Program-made: the position numbers and the translations under genes | Shown here: one piece after another, positions 40,494-55,200 of the stretch | Layout of the letters: every line of letters starts with the position of its first letter | Position numbering within the stretch: the stretch's first letter is position 1 | NCBI RefSeq assembly: GCF_037042905.1 | Contig: NC_087245.1 | Coordinates: 25,608,001-25,672,000, forward strand | DNA: 64,000 nucleotides | Direction: 5' to 3' | Source: Lytechinus pictus | Lineage: Eukaryota | The notes under the pieces: generated by a model | Told to the model about the DNA's origin: nothing | The model's database searches: none | Seen by the model: the letters and a program-made list of their open reading frames with translations, nothing else

Positions 40494-43265
40494 GATGTAG
40501 CAAATTACACTTGTCAAATTCACAATGCAAAAATACATTTAAAATATCATGACACAAAAATATGATCGGAAAATGGCAATACATGCATTAGATCCATGTT
40601 CAAATAAATGATGCTGTAAATGAAATATTAACCGAGAGGATTAATTAAGTACCGCCCTACTGCTCCAAATTTTGAATTATGGATCAATACCAAATGGGAC
40701 TCAAACTTAGAAAAGTCTACTATGTCATGGAATTGCCAAGACGTAAAAGAATGAAAGACATTAGATGCTTTTTACTATTAACTCTATCTAAACCCCTCAA
40801 AAAAGTTCTGCAACTCAAGTTTGAGGGGTAATCAATGTCAAATTGCTCCATCATCTTGTATCCGTATGGTATCATTTGAAAGCATGATTATTCTTCTTTA
40901 CAATGACGTGCCACATGTTATGCGAATACAATCATGGAATACACAGTGATTATGAATATGTAGCAGTGTAAAAAATGAGAAATTGCCACATGTGTTGCTT
41001 TCATTACAACAGTGAATTCCTAATTGTTTCTAGGATGGTGCATTCTCATTTGCATAAAAGACTGAATGTGTTGAATTCATTGCTATAAATGACTACTTAC
41101 AAACACAAACATTAATATTAGTGACCGATAAATTATTCATCTTTGAAAAAGGACCAAGTGTAGAGATTACACAAGCATGATCCATGCCTTTAATCTTTAC
41201 GAACGACCCTGAACACTATTAAAACACATTTCATTCATATGATTTTTTTTTAAAGAAAGCACCATTACACCATTGCAAACCATTCCTGTCACCTGGCAAA
41301 ATTATAAACACATTGCATATTCATACGCAATGCACACTCTGAATTTGTTAGAAAATGATGCACTTTGCGTCACGTCACTTCTGACTTTGTCCTATTACAG
41401 CCAGGGAAACTGTACATTACACAATGATAATCATATACAACATGTGACACGTTATAGTAAAACATTTTTTTTTAATGACACCAGTTTTTCACAGTTCAGT
41501 AACCATGGTAACAAAAATATCATCCTTCAAAACAGACTCGCATAACTTTTTTGAGGAGTTTAAAAATAGAGGCTGTAATAAATACCAATAAAATTCACTT
41601 ATTATATGTTTACATTTAATACTCATTTTGGCATGATAAATTCTAAGACAACTTAGAATATGAACAATATAAATAGACAACGTACAATGTACGAAAGACA
41701 CCAAAAGTCGTTTCGAGCTAGAATAATCTTATCAACGTTACATGAGCATGCTATATTTACCGTAAAATAGAGGAATGAGGAAAAAAAAAGTATAATTGAC
41801 GATGATAAATATAAAATGTGTACAATGCCAATGGTCTTTTAAAAACATGTTTGCAATATAAATACGACACACACTTGAATTTTAAAATATCGATCGCAAC
41901 AATTGGGCACAAGGTGAAAATAAGATGTGGATGTAAAAATGGAAGACAATCAATGTTTAGTGGTACTTTTGACCTGAACTCTCTCATAAACATGGCAACT
42001 CATATCCATGGAAATTTGAACTTTGTAATAACTCTAAACTATTCTGGAATTTGAATTTCAATTACAGTCGATCATCTCAAGTTTTAGTCTCTTATTTCTC
42101 TCATTAAGGGTCAAATCCACAAAAACCCTACAAAATAGATTTACTTATTATAATACATGGAAATATGCTAATACGTCATAATAAAATATTGAATACAGCT
42201 CTGTCACAAGATAAAAATGAAATAAAAATAATCGACAAATATATTTTGTTTTAAAACCATCCTGTAATCGCAGCATATTTTGTTTGAGCTTGAAAGAAAC
42301 AACTACCATACGACTATGATCTCCTATGAACTATAAGCACTTTTATAATTGATCGACATTCTTCTCAACTGACAATGTACTGTCAATTTGAAAACAAAAT
42401 AACGAAACCGACATTGCTTTAAAAATGTTCGAATAAAAAGTAAAACAAAAAAAGTAGAAGACATTTAGTACTGGAAATCGGATATCGGCAATACTGATTT
42501 TATTTACAAACGTAAACATAACGATAAAGCACCAACTCACGGAGATGTAGTCTCCTATAGACTAAATCAATTGCAAAAAGGGAAATTACTATACCCACTG
42601 ACCATTTAATGGAAGACTGTATTGAAAAACAGGTTACAAATAATGATAATAATGATAATAGTAATAATATTATTAATAATAACAATAACAATGATAATAA
42701 TCATAATCATAAAGATAAAACATACTACAGTATTTATTTTGAGTGTTTTTCAGATTTTGTGTAATACAGCCAGTGTCATGGGTGAAGATTTAAAAAATTG
42801 TCCAGCGACAGTGCAATCTCAACCCTAATAATACACTGTTCATCATTCAAGTTCTGGAATTTATAATTAATTAAACCTTTAATATTGCAACAGAAAGTCG
42901 CTAAACTTATCCTTGGAAAAGGATTTTTTCCCCCTTTTTTTCGAGCTAAGATACAGCTCGGGAAAATCAATGTAAGAAAATTTTCAAATTTTGCGCTATT
43001 TTTTCAACAGCAAATGTTGTGAGCCGTGTGTGCATTCACGCAACAAAATACTGGACATGTACATGTGTAATCAATGCGAACGTCATTACCTTCATGTGCA
43101 TATAAATACACCCGTTGCTCCCTCATATACAAATATTAGCTGGATTAGAAAAGAACCATGAAATATAAATATATTATGTATGTGAATTAGTTAACCATTC
43201 AAGTTAAAACATTGCAGAATATGAATGACTTTGGCTGCATAATATCTTGATATATTCCATGATAA

Positions 43266-43296
43266 TTATAACACGTCTTCTTCGTCTCTCCTATAT
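43266..43296 (-). CDS. VWDE: VWDE terminal coding exon ([10 protein letters not shown])
   Basis: Polypyrimidine tract plus ttttcAG; phase 2 fits the previous exon; TAA at 43268-43266. Short, so less certain. Confidence 0.65.
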
Positions 43297-46200
43297 CTGA
43301 AAATAAATGAAATAAGGGTAAACGCTTTGTAAATTACGAGCTATATGAAATTATGGTCAAGAGAGTATGTGTGTGAAGTATTCAGTTTTATGAATTGAAC
43401 ATTTATCATGAAATTACAAAACGCAATCTCCTATTTAGTTTGTTTAACTTGATGTGCAGCTATCAACCACATAAAAAGTAACTGAATAAATACATTGCAG
43501 GCTGATTAACGATGTATAATTAAAATTTAATATTGAAAAAATAATGCCATAAACGAATTTTCATAGACTTGAAATAAAACATGATTACTAAACGAAACTG
43601 AGGGGAACAGTAATGTTTTTTTTTGGCTCTTACAAACAGCGGCACTGTTCATGCACTCAAAAGAATGTCATTTGATTATGAGCAGTGGCGTATCTATACG
43701 CATTATGACTGCCGTGGCAAATATTATAGGTGTGACCCCACCTCTTCGGGAGCGAAGTAAACAAGACCGTGTGGAAATTTGATTCTAACTAATAACCGCT
43801 CAATTTCCTAAGCATTCTTCCCATAAAAAAAAAAGACTACATCAAAAGCTTCATTACTGATAACTTTCCCGTGTGTATTACAAAAGATCCTGATTTTGCT
43901 TTATTTCCCATTTCTCTTATGCGTTTTCTCCACCTCTTCAAATTGCACCCCTCAAATGTTACATTTCTTGCAAATTAATGTTTACTTTTAACAGGTACTG
44001 CAAACTCAGGACCCCGATCATTTTACATGCATATAAAGCGGTCAATTTTAGAACTTCCCATGTGTGTGCTTCCACAGAGCGCCACCAGGGGCACTTCCCC
44101 TTGCCCACCCCATCACAGATACTCTACATGCAAAGGAGCTAATCTGCCCCTAGTCACACTCCTCGAAGATGAGATATGAGGGACCAGTCCTTATGGAATG
44201 AGAGTTCAATCTTTCAAGAGAGATTTGTACCTTTTTTGAGTAAAAGTGTATGAGATTCGATATTTCAAGAGTGAATTTTCACCCTTTTTTGGAGTGGAAG
44301 TGTAAAAGAAATGCATACTTTCACTCCAAAAAGGTAAAAATTCACTCCTGATAGATTAAAATCTCATTCCATCAGGACTTGTCCCTGATCTCACTCTGAG
44401 AGGAGTGAGATTAGGGACCAGATTAGCTCCTTTGCATTTAGAGGCTACTGACTAAGAAAGTTGATGAATTGAATTTGGCAAATTCTTTTGAGATGCTGGC
44501 GAGGGTGGTGATTGTTTTACCTGATTGCTAAGAAGGCAAGCAGAAGACCCAAGGTTTAAGATCCTCTCCGAGGGACCTGGTAATGAGAATGGATGCAATA
44601 CTCTATTCTAGTCTTGTTGAGAAGAGAGAATACTCACCTTCTATGCGCTAACCTGTTGTTTTCACACTGTTTTCCTCTGTATCCCCTCCTACATAAACAC
44701 GTATCTGGTTTGATGCATTTGCCTCCATACATACACGGCTTATTGCAGAAAGCTATAATGAAACCAAAAAAAAAGATTAAGAGATAACGCCGATAGAAAT
44801 AAACGGATTCCTGACTGCGCCCATTAAAATGTATGCTTCAGCCATATTGTCATATTTAGATTTGGAAGATATGAAATTTCAAAGTTATAAAAATCAAACA
44901 AGCATAATAATGTACTGAAAATATTATACAAAATCGGATGAAAATAAAGTTGTGACATTAAAAGAATCTGACCATTTTAACATAAACTATTGCTACAATA
45001 TTAAACTACAGTGAAATACGTCTAGCTTTACTGAATAGGACTACTTGCACATAATTATCAATAGGAAAAGAAGAGGAAGATATTTTCATACTTACGGGTT
45101 TCACAACTAGATCCCCCATAGCCAGCTTTACACATACATACATTAGGTTCCACACACTCTCCTCCATTCCGACACCCAGACGGACAAATAGCTGAAAACA
45201 TAGCGAAATTGGCATATAAAAATTAATGCAATAATAATATTAATACACAAATGTATTAGATCTACATACTTGTATTATGAAATTGTTTATCATACAAGGA
45301 GTGTTTCATATAGCTATTTGTTAAGTTATAAAACGATTTTAAGGGTCAAGTCCATCCCATTAGATATTGATATGAATTAATATATTCTTTGAATAAATGA
45401 ACAAAGACCAAGCAAAGCATAATTATGAAAATTTAATAAAAACAATCTGATACAAAATAAGCAACTTATTGCATTTCATACATCTCTTATTTTCACTAAA
45501 AACCCTATACAAAACACGGGTGCTACAAAGGCTATCTATTTTGTGTTTTACTATAGAGCATTGTTTTATTATTGAATGCTTCGATTTTTGCAGATTTCAC
45601 AACTGTTCTTCATTAAAGCGGAATAGGTTTAAAAATGGCAATTATATATCAGGGATGAATCTAAACTTGTTTTACATTATGTTTTACATCTGAAGGGGAA
45701 AAGCTCAGCTGAACGTCTTCAGTCTCCTAAGATTTAATAGAACGTTTTAGTTTCCGCTTGTCGCGCGGCAACATGACATCATAATCACCAAAAAATGACT
45801 TACTTGGAGTCATTTAAGATACAAGACACAGAAAAAAGTTTTATTTTTATATGAATGTCTACATACAGCACAATGTATCGAATTCTCAAGTTAATTACTG
45901 ACCACATGAAGTCATGACGTAAATGTTGGTCTTTTCATCTTCTTAATGTTCTGGAAAAATGCTATGAAAAGTGTCACTTTTAAAAGTTTTATCTCCTATC
46001 CAAACAATATTTTAGAAATTGTTGATATGGTCACTACTGCCAGCAATCAAGGTGAAAGTTACTGACAATCTGACATAGAATATATCGTCACATTCTAACA
46101 AGAATGATTTTGTTATTTTGTTCGTTCAAGATCCACTGTTTTTATCTGAGTATTTGAGAAATTACCTTTATGACATTTTCTTCCTCTGTATCCAGAAGGA

Positions 46201-49200
46201 CATGAACACCAACCAGGCGATACACATCGGCCGCCATTTTGACATCGTGGCTCACAAATAGCTAAGTACAATAAAATTGAATCAAAATCATTTAAATTCA
46301 AAAGAAATAAGTGATTGTCATTAATTATATTTTTAACCTACGAGCGAGTACGTGGATAGAAGGCCAATAATCAGATCAAATCTTGATCCTGCATAATAGC
46401 AGATTTTGCCATCGCACAAAACCAACTATACTTTGGTTATTTTGCCATCATGCAGTAAATATGAATCTGGCTGTCCGTGGCAAGTGTTAAAATTGCACCC
46501 CTTCTTCATCCTGACAGCACGGGGTAAGCATTGGAATCGCGCCTCAAATATCTAAATTCTCAAAAAGTTTGTTAAAGTCACTTCATTTTGACAAAACAAG
46601 AACTAATGCAGTACCCACCTCTTTCGCACATTCTCCCTGTATATCCTCTTGGACAGGAGCACATATCTTTCCTCACACATACACCACCGTTACGACAAGG
46701 TAGAGAACACATTGCTGTATATGAAAAGTGTCATAAAATAAAAAAGAACATCAAAATCAAAAGAGTTGCACATATTTTGGAAAGTCAGAATATTGGAATG
46801 ATCGTTAATGTTTTCATTTCCGTAGATTCTCCCGTTATTTTAGGCTTATTATTCCTTGTATTATTCTTATGACTAATCATTTCCCATAGTTAAACTACAT
46901 GTATACAAACGAAATGTTCTATAGCTTGAATAAGATTTTGGTGTACAAACAAATAGAATTTGAAAAAAGATATCATAATTCTGAGAATGTGACATTTGAA
47001 GAAGACAGTGTTTTACAACTAATTAAAGACTTTTAATAACATTATGATTAAAATTTCATTAGAGACTTATTTAACAACAACTGGTGAGCTAATGTGTGGG
47101 GAGATTTAAAAAAAATCATAAAAATGAAACATCATATTACCTCTTTGGCAATATTGCCCCTGAAAACCTCGTGGACACACACATAGACCCGGGCTTACAC
47201 ATCTTCCTCCGTTACGACACATTGGTGAACATACAGCTAGAAAGATAGAGACATTGGTACAATATTTCAAAATATGAAACATTTTTTAATAATGATAAAT
47301 TGTACATTCAATTTGGACCTTTGTTTCTGCCCTTGTATATACCTTATATCAGTGTTATGCTTAAAGCACGTTGTTATTTCGTTCTTTATTTTCTGAAATA
47401 AGTCTTTATCATATACAGTATAATATATAATTGATCTCCCATGATTCACTGGAATTATTCTTTGTGATCACTTTTTTTGCATCAGGTTGAGACGATTTCG
47501 ATTGGTGAGATATGTATATCTCAATATTAATTATATTACAAACTACTTAAAATCCCCATTTCATTACAGTTTATATCAAATATTATGGCTCGCGATTTGC
47601 GCTCGCATTGATTGTTAAAAATATATTAAGTCATGTATCTTATTCATAATTCCAAAAGTGCTTTAAATTCTAGGTCGAAATCTTAAACATGCGTGCGCAT
47701 GTATATTCAGAGACTCAGCTTGTTCTCTATATCCATTTTCAGATCAAGATATCAAAAAAAATTTGCTCGCGCTTTGCGCTCGCATTATTGATGTAGGAAG
47801 ATTTTCAATTACTCACCCTTTTCATGATTTAAAAAACATGACAAGAGTGTCCCATTTTTAGGTGTAAATCTCGAATTTTTCCACTCGCGATTCGCGCTCA
47901 CATCAATTGTTTAGTTATATACATATCCTTTCACGATTACAAAAATTGTTTAGAATTTCCATTCTTCAGGTGAAAATTTTCGGCTCGCGCTTCGCATAAT
48001 TTGATTGTTGAAATATGTAACGTCTTCATGGCTTACTGCAAGCAGCCGTTAACAGATTTTTTTTATCAGATCAAAACGTATGTTAAAAATTTCTGCTTGG
48101 GCTTCGCGATACACATCTCGTTTAGGATCACAAATATTGTACAAAATGCTAAAATTTTTGGACAAAATACATGAAAAAAAAAAACTCACGCTTCGCACTC
48201 GCACCATCCAAATAAGGCTTATGAGATTATAGGAGTAAAGAGCTTAGAAGTGACTATTAGGACTACGCCTTCAAAGAAACAAACAAAAATCAACTTCGAG
48301 CGGCCGATCAGGGAAAATGTGACTGAAAAAAATCCACTACCCCTCTATTGGCGAAGGCTGGATCCGCCCCTGGTCATAGACTTGTTAAAAACTTACGGGT
48401 TTGGCAAGCTGGTCCAGTGTATCCTCCTCGACATATACATCGATCAGGGGTGACGCAATATCCACCATTCATACAGTTCACATTACAGGACACTGATAAA
48501 ATAAACATACATTCTTTTTATTCATTATAAAGTAAACATTTTTAACAAATTATTTCTGCATAATATAACTCATTCCTTTCCATTGTCTGATAGTATGCAT
48601 TGGAATATTTGACAGCAGGAAGTATTAACAAGCAACGATGGACAAAAACTAGGCAGCTGCCATTTTGATATCGGTAAATCTAATTTGTGCCATCAAAAGC
48701 CAGCGAGTAAGATACTTACACAGAACGACATAAACAAGATGTAAAAAAGATTGATATTTATAAGGGGGAGAACGTGAAAGAAGAAAAAGGTGATGGAACT
48801 ATCATTGTTTGTTTTCTATAGTAATAGAACAGGATTAATATGATTAATGATTATAAAATTCGATATGTGTATATGTCTACCTGGCGAGCTAAGAGATAAA
48901 TAAATTCAAATTACCAGACACACACACACACACACAGAAAAAAAATGCTGCCCCCCGTGCCCAAGGAAAAAATCCTAGCTACGCCACTGCCAGACAGTGA
49001 CAGTATAGATTAGCATGATGATAGATATATAAATTTAGTGTAAGATTTGTTATACGTATGCTATTAAAAAATGATTATCAATAAGTATATTACACCCTAT
49101 GGGATTTCAACGAAATTCAAATTAAACAATGCCAAAACTATTGAACGCAAAAAAATGTTTATATTGAAACATGAAAACGCCCTTTTGACTTCAATATTGA

Positions 49201-52200
49201 CTTCAAATTTAATCACATCTACAAACATGACAAAGCGAATTAAATGAAAATTCATTTGAAAATTAAATATTCTGACAACATGAACAGGAAAGTATTAAAA
49301 GCAAATGCAATGATAGCAGCACTCTGCATTAACAGCGAGGTTTCATTAGTATTCAACATTCAGCCAGAAGCTACATAATACGACAAACACGCTCAGCAAG
49401 ATTAGTTTAACCAAGACAGGGGGAAATGAATGAATTTCAATGCAGAGAACATGGACGACGCCAAGGTATTTAAAAAGGGGTAGCTGACTCGAATATCCTT
49501 TTTTATTCTTTATCTCAAATGGATGATAGAGGCATCATAGTAATTCGTATCAGGGTAACTCATCTCAGATCTCTACTTTCGATACTCTTTTTTTCCCAAG
49601 CTTTCCCCCCCCCCCCTTCTTTCCTTAATTTTCTTCCCTCTGTTTTCCAGTACTTGAAAAAAATCATGGGGGCAACAGTCACCCCTGATCCCACGTGACG
49701 CAGCCAACATTGCAGAAGAAAGCATCTCATCATTAGATGCCCTCCCCCATATGGATCTATTATTCAGAGAGTTTGAATATTTCATGAGCACAGAATAATG
49801 AAAAGGGTTATATTCTAATAACTATCTCATGCAGCAAGTATAATAATGTAAGATAATTTTTTTTTATCAGTAAAATAATATTGAAACATTCCGGAATTGA
49901 TTTTTCATGAACTGACTTACTAATTTCACATCTGCTTCCTGTAAATCCCGGCCAGCAATGACATCGATTGTGAGACATACATCGACCATTGTTCTGACAG
50001 ACAGGAGAACATTGCCCTGTCAACGGTAAACAAATTATTGCCCGCCAAATGTGTTGGTTAAGAAACAGAGAGGATATACAGTTACCATAGAAACATATTC
50101 TTTGAAATGTCATGGACATTGATGGGAAAGGAGAAGGTGGGAATCAGACGTGCCCTAAATGTAAAAAAGAAACTTTCACGAAAGACGCACAATTATAGCA
50201 TGGTGGGAAACAAAATAGGCAGACTAGCAGATGCTGCTTCTTCACCAATTACGCCAATTATTTCATAGTGCTTTTCAAGGGATACTGGACTTAACATCAT
50301 TAGGAACGCAACAAAGAGAAACTAAAGGAAACAGAGAGTAACCACCACCATGCATGCAAAACAACACTGCCACAGTAAGAAACATTGTGTAGTTAATACA
50401 CACAAAACCAATTCAGGGGCGGTGCAAGGGTATAGTTTAATATGGGATCAAGACAAAGGTGGCGCCATTTTTTCCCTTAGGTGAAAAAATAGGGGTGTTC
50501 GCAGAGAACAAGGCCCAGGCATCTCCTTTTTATATTATTGTTTCATTTTCTTCCTTTCTCCTCCCCCTTTCATGACTTTAAAAATCATGGGGACAGTTAC
50601 CACCTACGACGTCTCTGTACCCATTCATTAGTTTACCTTTACTTTTCTTGTATAAAAAGATGGAATTTGACGTGTTGTGATTTGATTCAAATGTGACCAA
50701 ACCAGGTTTTAATTATAAGGAACAGGAACGTTTGACATTATATAATACGCTCACAATAAAATAGCACTACACACATTTGTTAGTAGACCTTCTTCCTCAG
50801 AGAACTCTTCTTCATTTAACATTTCGCCAATATTAAAAACAAATAACGCTATAATTCCTAATTTAACACGTTAGAACTACTTTCTTACCTCGCTGACAAT
50901 ATTGGCCCGTATATCCTACTGGACAAGCACATGTATTAGGCTGAACACATCGACCATTATTAAGACAAGGAGGGTTACACAAGGCTGTAAAGAAAAAAGG
51001 GGAAAAGAGGGTGTGAGAAAGGGAGAAAAGGAGAGATCATGGAAAATAATAAAAATACATACAAAACATAAGAGGACATAAAGATGAAAAAATCTTTTTT
51101 CTTTCATATTTCCAGTCAAGCGACCATCTTCGTGAATTGAAATCAGAATAAATAAAGCAATCTTCTGTGCTTTCCTTTTTTCATAGATATATTCGTAAGC
51201 AGTAGTGCCATTATCATCACTGGCGTATAGAGGGGCTCGGGAAAAGAAAGAGCAAAAAGAGAAAAACAAGAAAAGGGTGAAATGTGATACATATTTTGTT
51301 TGAATATGTCTAATGTATCTCAAAATTGAAAAAAAAATCACTATATAAAGGCCAAAATGTTCGCTCCCAGGCGACTTTTTTGACAGAAAATTTTGAATAT
51401 AGGCCTACACATACTGCGTCCCTCCCTCTCAAATTATTTGGCTTATTACACTGCTGATTTTAATGCAAATAAGTTACGGAACAACGAGTCAGAAAACCAA
51501 CAATAATAGAAAAGGTGACAAGAATGAATTTCAACATTCTGATAAGATTATGCTCTGACAAATTTTGGCCAAAAACAAGACTCCTCACGAAATGTTTGAT
51601 TAAAGAACTTACGTCTGAAACACGCATGACCATGATAGCCATCCTTACACACACATCCAACGTTGGGGTCGCATATCATATTCTTAGGACACGGGACTTT
51701 GCACTTTGATGCTGTAGAGGGGGAAAATAAATGATTTATATTTTTTATGAAAAAAATCGTTAAAAAAACCCAAAATAGAACTAGAAGAAAAATAAACATA
51801 AATCAAGAATATTGTACAGTGTGAACTTTGTATTTTGCATTAATATGTCTCATTTATTGAAGGAAACCTTCAATAACAAGCTTTGCTTTTCAGAAGGTTT
51901 CAATTTCATTTCATAACGTCATATTATATTTGGCTTTACTTTGTAACTCTGTTGAAATTTTGGAATGAAATAAATTCGTTATCAATCAATCAATGTGATT
52001 ATCATATGACTCGGTCAAGCCTGAAGAGCAAGCATAGTTTGAATTTTCAATATCAAAATGAAATTGCTTCAAATAATTGGCCAATATCAAGTCAGAAAAT
52101 AAGGAATATGCATGAGAAAGGGACGGTTCCGACGGTTCATTACGTCTTTGATGATTTTTGCATTCTTCTTTCACTAAATTATTTCACTAAATTAACTAAG

Positions 52201-55200
52201 AGTGAGCATATGATAAATCACAAAAACAATTCCGTCAGGTTTTGTTTTCACTGTCCATAATTTGCAATGTGTGAATGGTTTTAATGGTGTTTCATTGGTT
52301 GATTTTAAAGTAATTTGGTCCTGTGATACATGCTAGTTTCGCAACTTTTGAAATTAGAAAATGATTTTGACGAACGTGATTTCTATCTCTCGAAACGAGT
52401 TTCCCTTTTTTTGCGATGCAAAGTACGTTTCACCCAACAGTCTTTAATATCAGCTGGAAATTAAAAGATTATGCAGAAGCCGAGAAAACAATGTCAAGAA
52501 AAATAGTACCTTTGCAAGTAATACCATCCCCATAGTAATTTTCTGGGCAACACCCGCATGAAAACGACCCCAATCCACGAACAGTGCATTCCACGCCTTC
52601 AAAACAGGGTCTGTTATCACAAACATTCTTCATGATAGAACATGTTGAACCTGTACCAAAGGAGATAACATGAAACACAAAATTACAATAAAATACTACT
52701 CTCTCACATGAAAGTCGCAATATAGGCACAAACAAATTATAAAAAAGAAAAGAAAGTCTCAATATAGGTACCTCTTTTCGCCTAAATTAGCATGAGAAAC
52801 GAAAACGGGTTCAGCACCCTATTGAAAGGTACGCTCGATCTCCCTCATATGGACATACCCTATCCCGGCCGCTAAATAATTTTTTCCTACATTTTCTGGC
52901 ATCAGTATAGGGTTTATTACGTCAAAGATAACCCTTCGCGAATTTCAATACAAGATGGATTATATTTAATGACATACTCAGGGGCCGCGGAACGGTTTTC
53001 AAAGTGGGGGGGGGGGGGGGGGGGGGCTGACCATGCTAAAAATCACAATCATATGGTCATTTTACGTTTTTGTACACGGTTTTGGAAAAAAGTGGTGGGA
53101 CTGAAGCCCCCCCTGCCCCCCGGTTCCGCGGCCCCTGATACTTATGGCGGGGAAATTCCATATTAAGTCAATATAGACGATTTCGTTGGCGACAAAAAAA
53201 ATACAAATCGATGCCCTTAGCTCGCAATCACGTTTGTGCATAATTGCGTTACGTGTAGAGTTTCATCAACATACTCGTCTGACAAGTTGTCAGGTCTGAA
53301 CTTTTTTAAATTTTTTTATTGGCTGAGAAGCACTGTTACTATGGCAACTGTCAGATGAAAAAGGACTCGTCAATGAAACGTTCGACAAGTCCTTTCATGA
53401 AACGCTCCCCTGAGCTTTAGCGGCTAACATCTAATGGAAGAGGCGGAACCCCCATCACCCCGTAAAACTTAGTCTTAAAAGGCAAATTTAAAATAGGGTT
53501 TCAAAACTCTAAAATACCTGTATAGCCTGTCTCACAATCACATGTAAAACCATGAATGCTGTCCTGACATTGACCGTGCATGCAGGGATTTGACGCACAG
53601 CTTCCTGTACCAGGCGCCATATTAATATCACAGTACTCTCCAGTATAGGGGGATGGGCATGAACACGAGTATTGACGACTGTTCACCGGAAAGCCTGATC
53701 TCGAGTCTAGTATACATTCTCCCCCGTTTCGACAACGACAAGCTAATACTGTTACCTAGTGAAATAACATAATGAAATTCAAATATGTATTTATTTCATT
53801 CCCAATAGAAAAAAATGTATTACAATGACTTTGCATATGATATCATCATAAATTAAGATATATGATATTTTTTGCAATATGAATGCAGTACCCAAAACGT
53901 CAACATTTCATAAACAATTAATATAACTTTTTTGTTGAATAAACTTGATGAGAAAGTCTTCATTGAATCAAAGTAAATCACAATTATGATTATTCCACAT
54001 GAGTGAGATGAAGGCAAATTATATTTTACATCACAAAGAGAAATGTATCAACTACTGCTGATTTCCTACAATAAAACATATCGATCGCTATTAAAGAAAC
54101 TTTCAGCAATTACCTCCATCTCAAATGCAACACTCGATCCGCACTCGTCAGTCAACCTCACCGGAACCGTGTAGTCGCCCTCTACGTTTGACAACCAATA
54201 CAGATGGCCGAATCGTGAGATATTGACGTGGTATAGATCGTCGGAGACCTGGGTTTGTACTGAGAATTCAACCCCTACCCCCGTTGTACTATCAGGGTCT
54301 ATAGCGTCCAGCTGATGAGTGAAAGCACGGCCAGTGAACGTGACGAACTGGGTATCTACACCAAGAACTGGAGGTACATTGTCTGTTTAAAACAATTAAA
54401 AAGATAATGAAATACAATTTTTTCTGAAGAGGTTTAATGTTGAAATTTTTATTTTAAAAAATACAGTATTAAAAAAAAGATACTTCAGGTCTCACTTGAA
54501 TTCATAAAATATTGTCAGTATGCAAATACTATTGTCTTCACAGAATCGCCCTTTCTTTTTTTTTTATAAATGAAACAAAAATACTGCAATCATTTCCTCA
54601 GATAAATTAACCTAAACGTGATTTGCCTTTACCATCAAAAACGTGATACTATGATTTCATATTTATACGACTTATTCTATGGGTCTACATTCTTCATTAT
54701 CAAATCTACAAAAATATGTTATTTTATGCAATACCTAAAAGAAACAATTATCATGTGACATTGTTTAACTTTATTTGCTTATCAGATGTCATCAATATTC
54801 ATTTTAAACTGCAGAATTTCGTAATCAAGTTTTTCTAAAAAATATTAATGCACCTAATATGAAGTAAATAGTGATAAAATACAAATACATGCAACCACGT
54901 TAGTACGAACTAAATGTCTATGGTAAATTTTGTGTTGATCGGCCAATATCTGGAGATGTGGTCAGGGATAACATTCACTTTTGTTTTGTTCCCTTCCAAA
55001 GATTTCGTGACAAATCTCATACCTTCTGATATTGACCACTCGTGTCTGCTGACCAATGGTCGACATTGCTGACAGGAATCTCTCTCATTATGCTGACCGG
55101 CGGAGTAACATCGTCTTTCAATCACGCAGGCATTCTCCTAAAGGGCAAGATTTTTAAATGAATTAATTTTGGAATTACTCCTGGGCCTTGTTAGTAAATA

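Noticed and set aside
50916..51341. 141-aa ORF and other intronic ORF-track entries in VWDE
   Set aside because: Low-complexity intron read-through; the true EGF exon at 50889-50984 is in a different frame
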